From positions 307,950 through 371,949 of the forward strand of contig JAXLZU010000001.1 of NCBI GenBank assembly GCA_046350735.1: a DNA stretch of 64,000 nucleotides, in the 5' to 3' direction. Below are positions 9,586 to 19,449 of this stretch, piece by piece. The translations under genes were made by a program, and so were the position numbers. This stretch comes from Candidatus Saccharimonadota bacterium. Lineage in GTDB: Bacteria; Patescibacteriota; Saccharimonadia; CAILAD01; BJGX01. Position 1 is the first letter of the stretch. The number at the start of each line of letters is the position of its first letter. The notes below the pieces were generated by a model. That model saw only the letters and a program-made list of their open reading frames with translations. It was not told where the DNA came from and did no database searches.

Positions 9586-10266
9586 ATGAATCCTATCGCA
9601 ACCCTAGAAGCTAGCCAGAAGAAGGCCAAATTACCAGAAATTCATTCAGGTGATACTGTTAGAGTACACCAGAGAATTACTGAAGGTAAAAAGAGTCGTG
9701 TTCAGGTATTTGAAGGCCTGGTAATTCGTTACAGCAAGGCTGGCAGCTTGCAAGCTATTATTACTGTACGCAAGATAGCTTCTGGTGTAGGGGTAGAAAA
9801 GAGCTGGTTGGTACACAGTCCATCTGTAGAAAAGATTCAAGTTGTGAAACGTAGTAAGGTACGGAGAGCATTTCTTAGCTATATGCGAGATAGAAGTGGT
9901 AAATCGGCTAGATTGGCCGAAATGGGCTTCGATAAAGAAGCTACCAATGCTGCGGATAACCGCACTGCTACCCAAATAGCCGAAGAATCAAAGGCTGCAG
10001 AAGAGGAAGCAAAAATTGCTAAAGAAGAAGAAAAGCTCGACGGCGATAAAGCTGCTAAAAACGATGAAGCCCTCCAAGTAGAAGAAAGTACCGAAGATGT
10101 TGCTAAAGAAGAAGACAAAAAAGCCGCACAAGATGACGCTACTCCAGCCAGTGATAACGAGCCAAAAGATGCTCCAGCTGACGAAAAAGTAAATTCTGAC
10201 GGTAACGACGAGCAACAAGAAGCCGCCGAAGAATTTAAAGACGGCGTAGACAAAGCCGAGAAGTAA
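9586..10266 (+). CDS. rplS: 50S ribosomal protein L19 with a ~110-aa Lys/Glu/Ala/Asp-rich C-terminal extension
   Basis: Core GDTVRVHQRITEGKKSRVQVFEGLVIRYSKAG...TVRKIASGVGVEKSW...VKRSKVRRAFLSYMRDRSGKSARL matches L19; ATG at 9586 chosen over the upstream ORF-track start. Confidence 0.85.
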   Translation: MNPIATLEASQKKAKLPEIHSGDTVRVHQRITEGKKSRVQVFEGLVIRYSKAGSLQAIITVRKIASGVGVEKSWLVHSPSVEKIQVVKRSKVRRAFLSYMRDRSGKSARLAEMGFDKEATNAADNRTATQIAEESKAAEEEAKIAKEEEKLDGDKAAKNDEALQVEESTEDVAKEEDKKAAQDDATPASDNEPKDAPADEKVNSDGNDEQQEAAEEFKDGVDKAEK

Positions 10267-10361
10267 AAACATTATTTCTAAAAACATCCCCATAAGAGGA
10301 TGTTTTTAGTTATAAATAAAAAGCCCGAGTAAATAACTCGGGCAATAAGTAAGAGTAACAC

Positions 10362-10604
10362 TTAACGTGTAGCCAAGATGTGGCCAATATAGGTGCCTTC
10401 GAGACTCCAGACGCAGTGGTCGATAATCTCCCAACCACGCTGCTCAAACTGCTTGCGCATGTCATTCCAGCTGTCGAAATCTTCGAAATAATTACCATCT
10501 TCGTCATAGACCCTTACAGCAGGCTCTTTTAGAAGCTTACTTACAGGCTCTACAATAAAGTACCTTGTGGTAAATCGTGTCTTTACCTCGAGAAGTTCTT
10601 GCAA
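10362..10604 (-). CDS. hypothetical protein (GC-rich); in frame with the upstream gene across a single TAG
   Basis: 80-aa ORF with a TTG start; same reading frame as 10623-11009, separated only by TAG at 10623-10625 plus 6 codons. Confidence 0.35.
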   Translation of the reverse strand: MQELLEVKTRFTTRYFIVEPVSKLLKEPAVRVYDEDGNYFEDFDSWNDMRKQFEQRGWEIIDHCVWSLEGTYIGHILATR

Positions 10605-10622
10605 CTTAGCCCACCTCTCAGA

Positions 10623-11009
10623 CTAGACCGAGTTCTTCGGCTGGAATAGTGACGGTAATTTGAACACCATACTCAAAGTGGGGCTGAATTTTGCGAAGAT
10701 TTGGCAGTACATCTCTCGGAATTCGCTAGATAGATTGTCGAAACAGGTAAGAATGATGTCTCCAACTTTGCTGGTAACTTCATTCATTTCGCCAAAGCGC
10801 TTGCCGCAGAACGGGCAGTACAGCGCACCAAGAACAAGTGGGGTAAGGGGTGGCCGTAGCTCTTGTGGGTCTCCAAAGGAGTTATCCCAGAGAACGCCGG
10901 CACCATTTTGATGAGTAATTAGCATCCATTCGGGCTTCATCTCACAGGTGTGATCTTTGGCATCTGCAAGCAGTTCGCGATTTAACTGCAGTTCGGCAGC
11001 AGTTGGCAT
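10623..11009 (-). CDS. hypothetical protein with CxxC...HxC zinc-ribbon-like motif (GC-rich)
   Basis: ATG at 11009 chosen (MPTAAELQ...); contains CPFCGKRF and HTCEM; the track start (TTG 11183) would overlap the upstream gene. Confidence 0.4.
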   Translation of the reverse strand: MPTAAELQLNRELLADAKDHTCEMKPEWMLITHQNGAGVLWDNSFGDPQELRPPLTPLVLGALYCPFCGKRFGEMNEVTSKVGDIILTCFDNLSSEFREMYCQIFAKFSPTLSMVFKLPSLFQPKNSV

Positions 11010-11052
11010 TACGCGCTCCTCTCGAGCTTGTCGATGTTCTGGGTAATTTCTC

Positions 11053-11499
11053 TCAGCGAATGATCGCGCCAGGTATCCAGTTAATCGGTTTGGATACGCC
11101 AAGTTCTGAGAGCTCGCGCTCGAGTTCATCTTGATGATGACTGCAATATTCATCGACTTCACTTCTACTAAGTAGCTGGTCAACTCGTTCGAGCTGCTCT
11201 AACGTAACTTCTTCGCGGTGCCATATTAGATAATGCACTGCTAGTGAGTTGGTAGTCTCACCATTAGCAAGTTGATAGTCTACGTTAGAGCTAAGCGCCC
11301 CACATCGGCAGACATGCCGACCCCTTGTTGCTACTCCAGACCGAAATATTCCATCTCGAATACCCAAAACACCAGTCCGCCCACTAGATTTGGCCTCGTG
11401 CAGTGCACACAACATTTTTAGTGTAAATGTATCAATTACTGGTTCTGTCGACCTCCAACTAATTGGTTCGATATAGAGCAATGCATCTTCAGTGTACAT
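11053..11499 (-). CDS. hypothetical protein (GC-rich)
   Basis: ATG at 11499 (MYTEDALLYIEP...); overlaps the stop of the upstream gene by 11 nt. Confidence 0.4.
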   Translation of the reverse strand: MYTEDALLYIEPISWRSTEPVIDTFTLKMLCALHEAKSSGRTGVLGIRDGIFRSGVATRGRHVCRCGALSSNVDYQLANGETTNSLAVHYLIWHREEVTLEQLERVDQLLSRSEVDEYCSHHQDELERELSELGVSKPINWIPGAIIR

Positions 11500-11761
11500 G
11501 AGCACTCCTCTCGAGCAACATGTTGGCGTGGGCAAGCAAGGGTTGCATTTCTTCTGTAGGGCCATGGAATACAATATGCTTAGTAAATGGTTGATGCTGT
11601 TTTTTAAGTCTAAGCACAATGCAACTTCTATCGGTAGAAGCTACCTCATATCTGCTACGTGTATAGACCTGCAGAGAATGCAGACCAATACTAGCAGCTT
11701 CTTCTATGGGGCTTCGAACAACCGGGTCTTCAAGTGTGCTAACAAAGCCGATGGTGATCAT
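11489..11761 (-). CDS. hypothetical protein (GC-rich)
   Basis: 90-aa ORF directly abutting the stop of the upstream gene (11762). Confidence 0.4.
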   Translation of the reverse strand: MITIGFVSTLEDPVVRSPIEEAASIGLHSLQVYTRSRYEVASTDRSCIVLRLKKQHQPFTKHIVFHGPTEEMQPLLAHANMLLERSAHVH

Positions 11762-12139
11762 CTATTCCTGCTCCTCCTCTTCTGGCATATCCCACCACAT
11801 AGGGTCGGGTAATTCGCCAAATCGAGCGGAAAAATGTGGCTCGAGTATCTTAACAAGGTCTATGGCCTTATTATGACGCGAATGTACAAAGATACGGCGG
11901 ATAACAAGTGGGGTACGACTCTGTTGATTTTCAATAAGCCATTCGGCAAGCGCCATGGTGTTGGGCGAGCCAATACCATAATTACTGCTCATGTCATAAT
12001 CGAGCCAGAGCTCATCTATTACTTCAGCAGACTGCAAAAACGAAGTAAGTAGCTCAACAGCTACATCAGTGTTTCGGCAATGAAATGCTCGTGAATCTGC
12101 CGAAAGGCGAATATCGTCTACTACGACGATTTTTCCCAT
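11762..12139 (-). CDS. stand-alone receiver (CheY-like REC fold) domain protein
   Basis: MGKIVVVDD N-terminus (acidic pair), LWLDYDM at the phospho-acceptor position, conserved K near the C-terminus; strong RBS CAGGAGAGAAGG before ATG 12139. Confidence 0.5.
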   Translation of the reverse strand: MGKIVVVDDIRLSADSRAFHCRNTDVAVELLTSFLQSAEVIDELWLDYDMSSNYGIGSPNTMALAEWLIENQQSRTPLVIRRIFVHSRHNKAIDLVKILEPHFSARFGELPDPMWWDMPEEEEQE

Positions 12140-12272
12140 CCTTCTCTCCTGTAGGGTACTCGCTACCAGGGACGATTGCGAACTGGTAAATATTAGCATA
12201 AAAATAATGAATAGTCAATAGATCATAAACCGAGTAGCGGTGGTATAATTGCCCTATTCTTAAAGGAGGCGG

Positions 12273-12878
12273 ATGGTAGTAACAGCAAGCTCTACTCTAG
12301 AGCAAAAGCTATATAAAGAGGGTGTTTTGCTAGTAGCCGGAATAGACGAGGTTGGCAGAGGTGCGTTGGCGGGGCCACTGGTAGCTGGTTGTGTAATATT
12401 ACCACTAGATCATCGGCTCGGCCTGGCAGATTCTAAATTGATATCTGCAAAAAAGCGCACTAGTATAGCCGAGCAGATAAGAAGTAGTGCTGTTGGCTTT
12501 GGTCTTGGTTGGGTTAGCAACACAGAAATTGATGAATTTGGTTTAGCTTGGTGCTTGCAAGAAGCGTATCTAAGAGCTCTAGAAAATATGCACTTAGAGG
12601 TAAGCCATATTATCTTAGACGGCTCGGTAGACTATTTAAAAGAATTTGAAATTTGCCAAACTATGGTTAAGGCCGACCAGAAGGTAAATTGTGTGGCGGC
12701 GGCAAGCATTCTGGCCAAAGTAGCACGCGATAATTACATGCAAAGCCTGTGCGAGCAGTACCCAGAGTACTGTTACGATACCAATGTAGGGTATGGTACC
12801 AAAGCACACAGAGAAGCTCTTTCCAAGCATGGGCTAACAGATATTCATAGAAAAAGTTTTTGTAGACAATTCAAATAA
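12273..12878 (+). CDS. rnhB: ribonuclease HII
   Basis: N-terminal AGIDEVGRGALAGPLVAGCVIL RNase HII motif; 201 aa. Confidence 0.9.
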   Translation: MVVTASSTLEQKLYKEGVLLVAGIDEVGRGALAGPLVAGCVILPLDHRLGLADSKLISAKKRTSIAEQIRSSAVGFGLGWVSNTEIDEFGLAWCLQEAYLRALENMHLEVSHIILDGSVDYLKEFEICQTMVKADQKVNCVAAASILAKVARDNYMQSLCEQYPEYCYDTNVGYGTKAHREALSKHGLTDIHRKSFCRQFK

Positions 12879-12926
12879 AAAACCGACAACCACGTGTCGG
12901 TAAATAAGCTGGCACTGATCTGCAGG

Positions 12927-13235
12927 CTATTCAGCCATTTCTTCATGAAATATTCTCCAAGATCTTTTATCATATGTATGGGATAACTCACCAATAACAA
13001 TTGATAAATACAAACTTAAAAGCATGCCCCCACCAAAGCTTCCAGATAAGATAAGAAATAATGAATTACCTGAAAATAATAGCATTAGACTAAACAAACA
13101 AAAGAGTATTATACAAATCAGTAAGATGACATCAATCTTGCCTTCTAACTCAAACAACACATCAGCCTTAGCTTTACTGCTTATATATTGCTCATGTAAT
13201 TCCAGAAGATGTGATTCTGAAGTTTTTTTACCCAC
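12927..13235 (-). CDS. hypothetical small membrane protein
   Basis: 102 aa; two predicted TM helices; followed on the minus strand by the CCGACA..TGTCGG terminator hairpin at ~12884-12912. Confidence 0.4.
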   Translation of the reverse strand: MGKKTSESHLLELHEQYISSKAKADVLFELEGKIDVILLICIILFCLFSLMLLFSGNSLFLILSGSFGGGMLLSLYLSIVIGELSHTYDKRSWRIFHEEMAE

Positions 13236-13337
13236 TTTGCGACTCCATTTGTAGGGTGCGACTGCTGATTATTTTATTGAATATATTTTTTGAAGTCAAT
13301 TGCTTGCATATTTGCCGCAGTGTGCCACTATAATTAC

Positions 13338-13694
13338 ATGAAAAACACTACTTCTATTGGTAATCAATCAGAAACATTCGCGTGTCATTATCTAGTCGAC
13401 AAAGGTTATACAATAGTACAACGTAACTATAAAGACCGCTTTTGCGAGATAGATATTGTTGCTCGTAATAACACTACTATAGTCTTTGTAGAGGTTAAAT
13501 ATCGCAGACGCCGAGACTTTGGCGGCGCTATAGGGGCAGTTACACCAAATAAAGTTAAAAGAATGCAATACTCGGCCGAATTTTGGCTAAGCCAACACCA
13601 AGAATTGGCCAGACTGCAACCAAGACTAGACGTTATTACTGTTGTGGGTGATATCTCTACGCCCGAAGTAACTCATCTAGAAAATATTATGTAA
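13338..13694 (+). CDS. yraN: YraN/UPF0102 family endonuclease
   Basis: CEIDIVARNNTTIVFVEVKYRRRRDFGG motif; ATG 13338 gives the typical ~118-aa length; commonly follows rnhB. Confidence 0.75.
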   Translation: MKNTTSIGNQSETFACHYLVDKGYTIVQRNYKDRFCEIDIVARNNTTIVFVEVKYRRRRDFGGAIGAVTPNKVKRMQYSAEFWLSQHQELARLQPRLDVITVVGDISTPEVTHLENIM

Positions 13695-13867
13695 AAAACC
13701 TGTGTTAGCACTCTTGCATGCCGAGTGCCAATGTGCTATTATAGACACATAGTTTGAACACTTAGAAAGGAGTCGGAACTGTTTTAAAACAAAAAACAAC
13801 CGGCTCTTTATTGTTCAAACACCAACTACAACTGAATAACAATTGAATAGAAAAGGAAAAGTATACC

Positions 13868-15079
13868 ATGCAAAACCAATTTATATCAGCCATCGAACAA
13901 ATTTGTGAAGAAAAAGGCATTAGTAAAGAGTCTGTACTAGAGGCTATTGCTGCTGCTATGGCTGCTGCCTACAAAAAAGATTATGGCGATAAAGACCAAG
14001 AAGTGCGCGCCGAGCTAGATCCAAAGACTGGTGCAGCACGCATTTTTATTAGCAAAGAAGTGGTAAAGAAGATAGACGAAGGTTTTGAAGAATTACAAAT
14101 GACTCTCGAAGATGCCAAGAAGATTAACTCCGATATTAAGGTTGGCGAAATGGTAGAGTACGAAGAAAAAACTCACACCGATTTTGGTCGTGTAGCTGCA
14201 CAAACTGCCAAGCAAGTTATTATGCAGCGTATTCGCGAAGCCGAGCGAGAAGTAGTATTTAGTGAATTTTCTGATAAAGAAGGCCAAATTATTAACTCTA
14301 CTGTGCAACGCGTAGAGCGAGGTAATGTGTACATAGACCTTGGCCATGCTGTGGGTGTACTTTTTCCTAACGATCAGTTGCCTAACGAGCGCTATTATAC
14401 TGGTCAGCGCATTAAAGTATATGTTGTTCGTGTAGAACAGACACTAAAAGGTCCACAAATTGTGGTAAGCCGTACTCACCCAGAAATGATTCGCCAACTC
14501 TTCGAGATGGAAGTACCAGAAATCTCTGGTGGTAGTGTAGAAATAGTAAATATTGCTCGCGAAGCCGGTGCTCGCACTAAAATTGCCGTAAAAAGTAATA
14601 CCGAAGGTGTAGACCCTGTCGGTACGTTTGTTGGTGGACGTGGATCGCGTGTGCAAGCAGTAATGAACGAAATTGGTGATGAAAAGATAGATATTATTCC
14701 ATTTAGCGAAGACCCTAAGGAATATATTGCCTCAGCACTTAGCCCTACCAAAGTAATTGAAGTAAAGATAAACGAAGAAGAAAAGAAAGCTACAGTAAAA
14801 GTACCAGAAGATCAGCTAAGCTTGGCAATTGGCAAGTCTGGTCAGAATGTTCGTTTGGCTGCCAAGCTAACTGGCTGGAGTGTTGATATTGACGGAGCCG
14901 ATGAAGCCCATGTAGAAGAAACTGCAGATGCAGTTGACGAGCCAAAGACTATTAACACGAAAGACCTCGAAGACTCACTACTAAATGCAGCTAGTACAGA
15001 AGAAACTGCCAAAGAAGATAAAGAAGTAGTAAAAGAAGATCAGACAAAGACAGAAAGCGAACCGCAAGAAGATAAGTAA
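13868..15079 (+). CDS. nusA: transcription termination/antitermination factor NusA with acidic C-terminal tail
   Basis: N-terminal domain, S1 and two KH domains recognisable (e.g. GSRVQAVMNEIGDEKIDIIPFSEDP, IGKSGQNVRLAAKLTGW); 403 aa. Confidence 0.9.
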   Translation: MQNQFISAIEQICEEKGISKESVLEAIAAAMAAAYKKDYGDKDQEVRAELDPKTGAARIFISKEVVKKIDEGFEELQMTLEDAKKINSDIKVGEMVEYEEKTHTDFGRVAAQTAKQVIMQRIREAEREVVFSEFSDKEGQIINSTVQRVERGNVYIDLGHAVGVLFPNDQLPNERYYTGQRIKVYVVRVEQTLKGPQIVVSRTHPEMIRQLFEMEVPEISGGSVEIVNIAREAGARTKIAVKSNTEGVDPVGTFVGGRGSRVQAVMNEIGDEKIDIIPFSEDPKEYIASALSPTKVIEVKINEEEKKATVKVPEDQLSLAIGKSGQNVRLAAKLTGWSVDIDGADEAHVEETADAVDEPKTINTKDLEDSLLNAASTEETAKEDKEVVKEDQTKTESEPQEDK

Positions 15080-15099
15080 CTAAATAGAAGGAGGATGAT

Positions 15100-17568
15100 A
15101 TGGATACCGATTTTCCAGAAGTATTTGAAAGATTTACACAGAATGCAAAATTGGCTTTTCAGTTTGCTGGGCAATTGGCTCTGCAAACAGGAGCTAGCTA
15201 TGTCGGTACCGAACACCTTCTATTAGGAATTGTAAAAACCCAAAACTCTTTGGGTGCTCGCTTACTCTCTGAGGCCGGTGTAAGTCTCGAAAAAGTTAAC
15301 CCTGGCCTTCTTGCTCAACCTACTTCTACTCCTCAGGGTGTAGTAGACCTTTCTGAGACAGCGAAAAAGACTATTACGCTTGCATTGCGTATGGCACAAG
15401 AATATGGCCAAGCCTATGCTGGCACCGAGCATTTATTGTTTGCTATTCTTAGTCAAAAAAATTCGCGGGCGCAGACTATTCTGCACGATCTTAAGGTAGA
15501 CCCTACCAAACTGCGAGCAGATGTAGAGAACAGCCTGGCCAACCAGCCGCATACCTTTGCTCAACATAACGAGCCTAATGGAAAAGGTGGCAAAGCCTCA
15601 AAAACTCCGGCGCTCGATCACTTTAGTATAGATCTTACTCAGAAAGCCCGTGATGGCAAGTTAGACCCTATGGTTGGTCGAGCTGCACAGCTAGCACGTA
15701 TGATCTCTATTCTAAATCGCCGCACCAAAAATAACCCAGTACTTATTGGCGAGCCTGGAGTTGGTAAAACAGCCATAGTCGAAGGTTTGGCGAGTAAGGT
15801 GGTAGAAGAAGACGTACCAGAGCTACTGCTCGGCAAGCGTATTATGATGCTCGACATGGCATCGGTTATTGCCGGTACGAAGTTTCGTGGTGAGTTTGAA
15901 GAACGTCTAAAGAAGATTATTGACGAAGCCTCTGGTGCTGACGATGTAATACTATTTATCGATGAGTTACACAATGTAGTTGGGGCTGGTAGTGCCGAAG
16001 GTGCTATAGATGCTGCAAATATTTTAAAACCAGCTCTTGCACGAGGCGAAGTACAGACAATTGGCGCTACAACTTTAGAGGAATATCGCAAATATATTGA
16101 GAAAGATTCTGCCTTAGAGCGACGATTTCAACCTGTTCAAGTTCCAGAAGCTACAGTAGAAGAGACTATTGAAATTTTACAGGGTCTACGACCACGCTAC
16201 GAAGAGTTTCATCATGTTGCTATTTCTGACGAAGCTATCGAGCAAGCTGCCAAGCTAGCAAAACGCTACGTTAGTGATAGATTTATGCCCGATAAGGCTA
16301 TCGATCTTATCGACGAGGCTGCTGCACAAGCCAGAATTGCTCGTGGTGGTACCAGCAAGCCACAACGTACTCTACAAACCAAGCTAGAAGCACTTACTAC
16401 CAAGATAGATGATGCAGTGTATCATCAAGACTTCGAGCATGCTGCCAAGCTAAAGGCTGAGGCTAGCAGAATAGAAAAACAGATTGCCGAGCTCGACAAA
16501 AAACGCGGTAAGAAAAAAGAAATTAGTATTAGCGCCGAAGATATTGCAGTGGTTATTAATCAGACCACCGGTATTCCACTTACAAAACTCATTAAGATAG
16601 AAACCGAAGCACTCAAGAAGCTCGAAGCCAGCCTTAAGGCTAACGTAATTGGTCAAAACGAGGCTGTTAGTGCAGTGGCACGCGCCATTCGTCGCAGTCG
16701 TACGGGTATTGCTGATGAGAACCGGCCAATAGGATCGTTTATATTTTTAGGCCCAACCGGTGTAGGTAAGACCGAACTCGCTCGTGTACTTGCACAAGAG
16801 CTCTTTCATGATAAAGACGCAATGATAAAAGTTGATATGAGTGAGTTTATGGAGAAACATAATGTATCTCGTTTGGTTGGGGCACCGGCTGGCTATGTTG
16901 GCTTTGAAGAAGGCGGACAGTTAACTGAAAAAGTTAGACGCCGACCATACAGCCTGATACTCTTTGACGAAATAGAAAAAGCCCACCCAGATGTCTTTAA
17001 TATGCTCTTGCAAATCTTAGAAGATGGGCAACTTACCGATGCCAAAGGTCGCAAGGTAGATTTCCGTAACACTATAATTATTATGACGTCTAACGTTGGT
17101 GCGCGACAATTGCATGATGAAGCTGTAATTGGTTTTAACACGCATAACGAAAAAGATGAGGACAAACTAGAGCGTCATCACGAGCAGATGCAGAAGAACT
17201 TAAAAGGCGAACTTAAAAAAGTCTTTCGCCCAGAGTTTTTAAACCGAATTGACCATGTAGTAGTGTTTAGAGCGTTAGCTCCTGCAGATATCGAAAAGAT
17301 TATCGATCTTCAGCTGAAAGATTTAGCTCGCCGGCTAGAAGCTAAGGAAGTCAATCTAAAATTTGCCTCAGGTATTAAGAAGATATTACTTAAAGAAGGT
17401 TATGATGCTGACAATGGTGCTAGACCACTGCGCCGTGCTATTCAGCGTCTTATAGAAGACCCGCTAGCAAGTGAGATGATAGATGGCCGCATACATGCAG
17501 GTGATACGGTAAAGGTTAGTGTAGATAAAGATGATAAGATAGAACTCAAAGTCGCGCTTGGGGTATAA
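15100..17568 (+). CDS. clpC: ATP-dependent Clp protease ATP-binding subunit ClpC-like (Clp_N x2, two AAA+ modules)
   Basis: Two Clp N-repeats; Walker A GEPGVGKT and GPTGVGKT; 822 aa. Confidence 0.9.
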   Translation: MDTDFPEVFERFTQNAKLAFQFAGQLALQTGASYVGTEHLLLGIVKTQNSLGARLLSEAGVSLEKVNPGLLAQPTSTPQGVVDLSETAKKTITLALRMAQEYGQAYAGTEHLLFAILSQKNSRAQTILHDLKVDPTKLRADVENSLANQPHTFAQHNEPNGKGGKASKTPALDHFSIDLTQKARDGKLDPMVGRAAQLARMISILNRRTKNNPVLIGEPGVGKTAIVEGLASKVVEEDVPELLLGKRIMMLDMASVIAGTKFRGEFEERLKKIIDEASGADDVILFIDELHNVVGAGSAEGAIDAANILKPALARGEVQTIGATTLEEYRKYIEKDSALERRFQPVQVPEATVEETIEILQGLRPRYEEFHHVAISDEAIEQAAKLAKRYVSDRFMPDKAIDLIDEAAAQARIARGGTSKPQRTLQTKLEALTTKIDDAVYHQDFEHAAKLKAEASRIEKQIAELDKKRGKKKEISISAEDIAVVINQTTGIPLTKLIKIETEALKKLEASLKANVIGQNEAVSAVARAIRRSRTGIADENRPIGSFIFLGPTGVGKTELARVLAQELFHDKDAMIKVDMSEFMEKHNVSRLVGAPAGYVGFEEGGQLTEKVRRRPYSLILFDEIEKAHPDVFNMLLQILEDGQLTDAKGRKVDFRNTIIIMTSNVGARQLHDEAVIGFNTHNEKDEDKLERHHEQMQKNLKGELKKVFRPEFLNRIDHVVVFRALAPADIEKIIDLQLKDLARRLEAKEVNLKFASGIKKILLKEGYDADNGARPLRRAIQRLIEDPLASEMIDGRIHAGDTVKVSVDKDDKIELKVALGV

Positions 17569-17614
17569 AAATTCCCATATAACTTATTGGTTATATGGGA
17601 ATAAGTATGGTTTA

Positions 17615-17953
17615 CTAGTCTGGCAATGCCTTAACTCTGCGTTTCAGCCATCCCAGAGCAAATTTTTCAATTTCTTTTACTCGGCCAAGATTCACATTCC
17701 ACCTATCTGCTAATTTATGTCGTCGGCTAGCAATGGTATCATTACCTGTAAACCTATAAAGATACTCGATCAAGTCGCGTGCTCGATCGTTTCTATTTTT
17801 ATATATATCCTCGATTCCGCCGTGCTTCTGAACAAGTCGCACATAAGAGTCGAGCGTTTCGGTGTCTCGAAGCGGGATTTTAAGTGAAATTCTCAACACT
17901 CGTCTTGTTGATGTTTCATCCCAGGTATTAAGCGTGCTAATACCAGTCATCAC
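17615..17953 (-). CDS. hypothetical protein
   Basis: 112-aa ORF convergent with clpC; no recognisable domain. Confidence 0.4.
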   Translation of the reverse strand: MMTGISTLNTWDETSTRRVLRISLKIPLRDTETLDSYVRLVQKHGGIEDIYKNRNDRARDLIEYLYRFTGNDTIASRRHKLADRWNVNLGRVKEIEKFALGWLKRRVKALPD

Positions 17954-18091
17954 TCACCTCCAGCAGGTACAAAAATATAATAACATCATAATAAGAAAAA
18001 GTAAATAAAATTAATCTAATATTTACTTTCGTTTTGTGTTCGTATTGTGTTACACTAAATATATAAGTAATTTTAGTGTGAACAAAATACT

Positions 18092-19429
18092 ATGCCAAAA
18101 GTAACCAGCCAATTTGTATGCCAAAACTGTGGCGCCACGTTTTCTAAGTGGGCCGGTAAGTGCATGCAATGTGGGGCTTGGGATAGTCTGGTAGAATCAG
18201 CCCCTATTACTACTGGCTCAAAATCTGCTTCTCATGCTGTTGCAGCTAAACCAGATAAACTATCGGCAATTCAGTCTGCCAAAACACCACGCATAACAAC
18301 TACTATCGGCGAGGTAGATACCGTACTGGGTGGCGGTATAGTGCCAGGTAGTTTAATCTTATTGGCTGGTGATCCTGGTATTGGTAAGAGTACATTAGTG
18401 TTGCAACTTGCAGGTATTCTCTCTGGCCAAAAACGCAAAGTACTTTATGTTAGTGGTGAAGAGTCGGCCAACCAAATTAAGTTGCGGGCCGAGCGCATTA
18501 CGGGCTTGAGTGAAGAGTTTGATTTTGCTGCCACAACAGACCTAGATAGTGTGCTGTCTTTGGTGGTTAGTGAAGATTACGACTTGGTAGTGGTAGATTC
18601 TATTCAGACTATGAGCTCTTCGGCATCGGCGTCGGCAGCTGGTACGGTAAGTCAAATTACCAACGGGGCCAATCAGCTAATGCAGTCTGCTAAGAGTACC
18701 AATACTGCCTTTATAATTATTGGCCACGTTACCAAAGAAGGTAATCTGGCTGGGCCACGTCTGCTCGAACATTTGGTAGATGTCGTGTTGTATTTAGAAG
18801 GTGATAAATATGGCATGGTAAAGTTTTTACGCGGCGTAAAAAATCGCTTTGGTGCTACTGACGAGGTAGGGGTGCTCGAGATGACAGACTCAGGCTTGCA
18901 GCCAGTGGTAAACCCTAGTGGATTATTACTAGAAGAACGTAGTCTGGCACCAGGCAGTGTGGTGTTTGCGGCTATGGAGGGTAGTCGGCCGCTACTAGTA
19001 GAAGTGCAAGCACTAGTTAGCCCTAGTGTATTTGGGTATCCCAAGCGTGCTGGTGTAGGGGTAGATCTTAACAGGCTAAATATGCTCTGTGCAGTACTGA
19101 CCAAACGGGGCGGCATTAATTTGAGTGCCTCAGACGTGTATGTTAATATTGTAGGTGGTCTAAAGATAAGTGAGCCAGCTATAGACCTTGCAATTATCTG
19201 TGCACTTGCAAGTGCACAAAAGAATGTTATTATCAACTCTCACTTAGTAGTATTTGGTGAGGTTGGCCTAAGTGGTGAAATTCGCACGGTAAATAGTACC
19301 GAGCGTCGACTACGCGAGGCAAAAAAACTTGGCTACAAATCTGCTCTTACGGCACCACACTCTAGCCTAAAGGGCTTAAGGCTTCCACATAACATTGCCG
19401 AAGCAGTAAAAATTATTACAAAAAAATAA
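18092..19429 (+). CDS. radA: DNA repair protein RadA/Sms
   Basis: N-terminal C4 zinc finger CQNCG...CMQCGAW, RecA-like Walker A GDPGIGKST, Lon-like C-terminal domain; 445 aa. Confidence 0.92.
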   Translation: MPKVTSQFVCQNCGATFSKWAGKCMQCGAWDSLVESAPITTGSKSASHAVAAKPDKLSAIQSAKTPRITTTIGEVDTVLGGGIVPGSLILLAGDPGIGKSTLVLQLAGILSGQKRKVLYVSGEESANQIKLRAERITGLSEEFDFAATTDLDSVLSLVVSEDYDLVVVDSIQTMSSSASASAAGTVSQITNGANQLMQSAKSTNTAFIIIGHVTKEGNLAGPRLLEHLVDVVLYLEGDKYGMVKFLRGVKNRFGATDEVGVLEMTDSGLQPVVNPSGLLLEERSLAPGSVVFAAMEGSRPLLVEVQALVSPSVFGYPKRAGVGVDLNRLNMLCAVLTKRGGINLSASDVYVNIVGGLKISEPAIDLAIICALASAQKNVIINSHLVVFGEVGLSGEIRTVNSTERRLREAKKLGYKSALTAPHSSLKGLRLPHNIAEAVKIITKK

Positions 19430-19449
19430 ACTTTTAAAAAGGAATAATA

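Noticed and set aside
13290-13337. Longer N-terminus (TTG start at 13290) for the YraN-family gene
   Set aside because: The ATG at 13338 gives the canonical ~118-aa YraN length. The upstream extension is hydrophobic junk and overlaps a TATAAT-like element.
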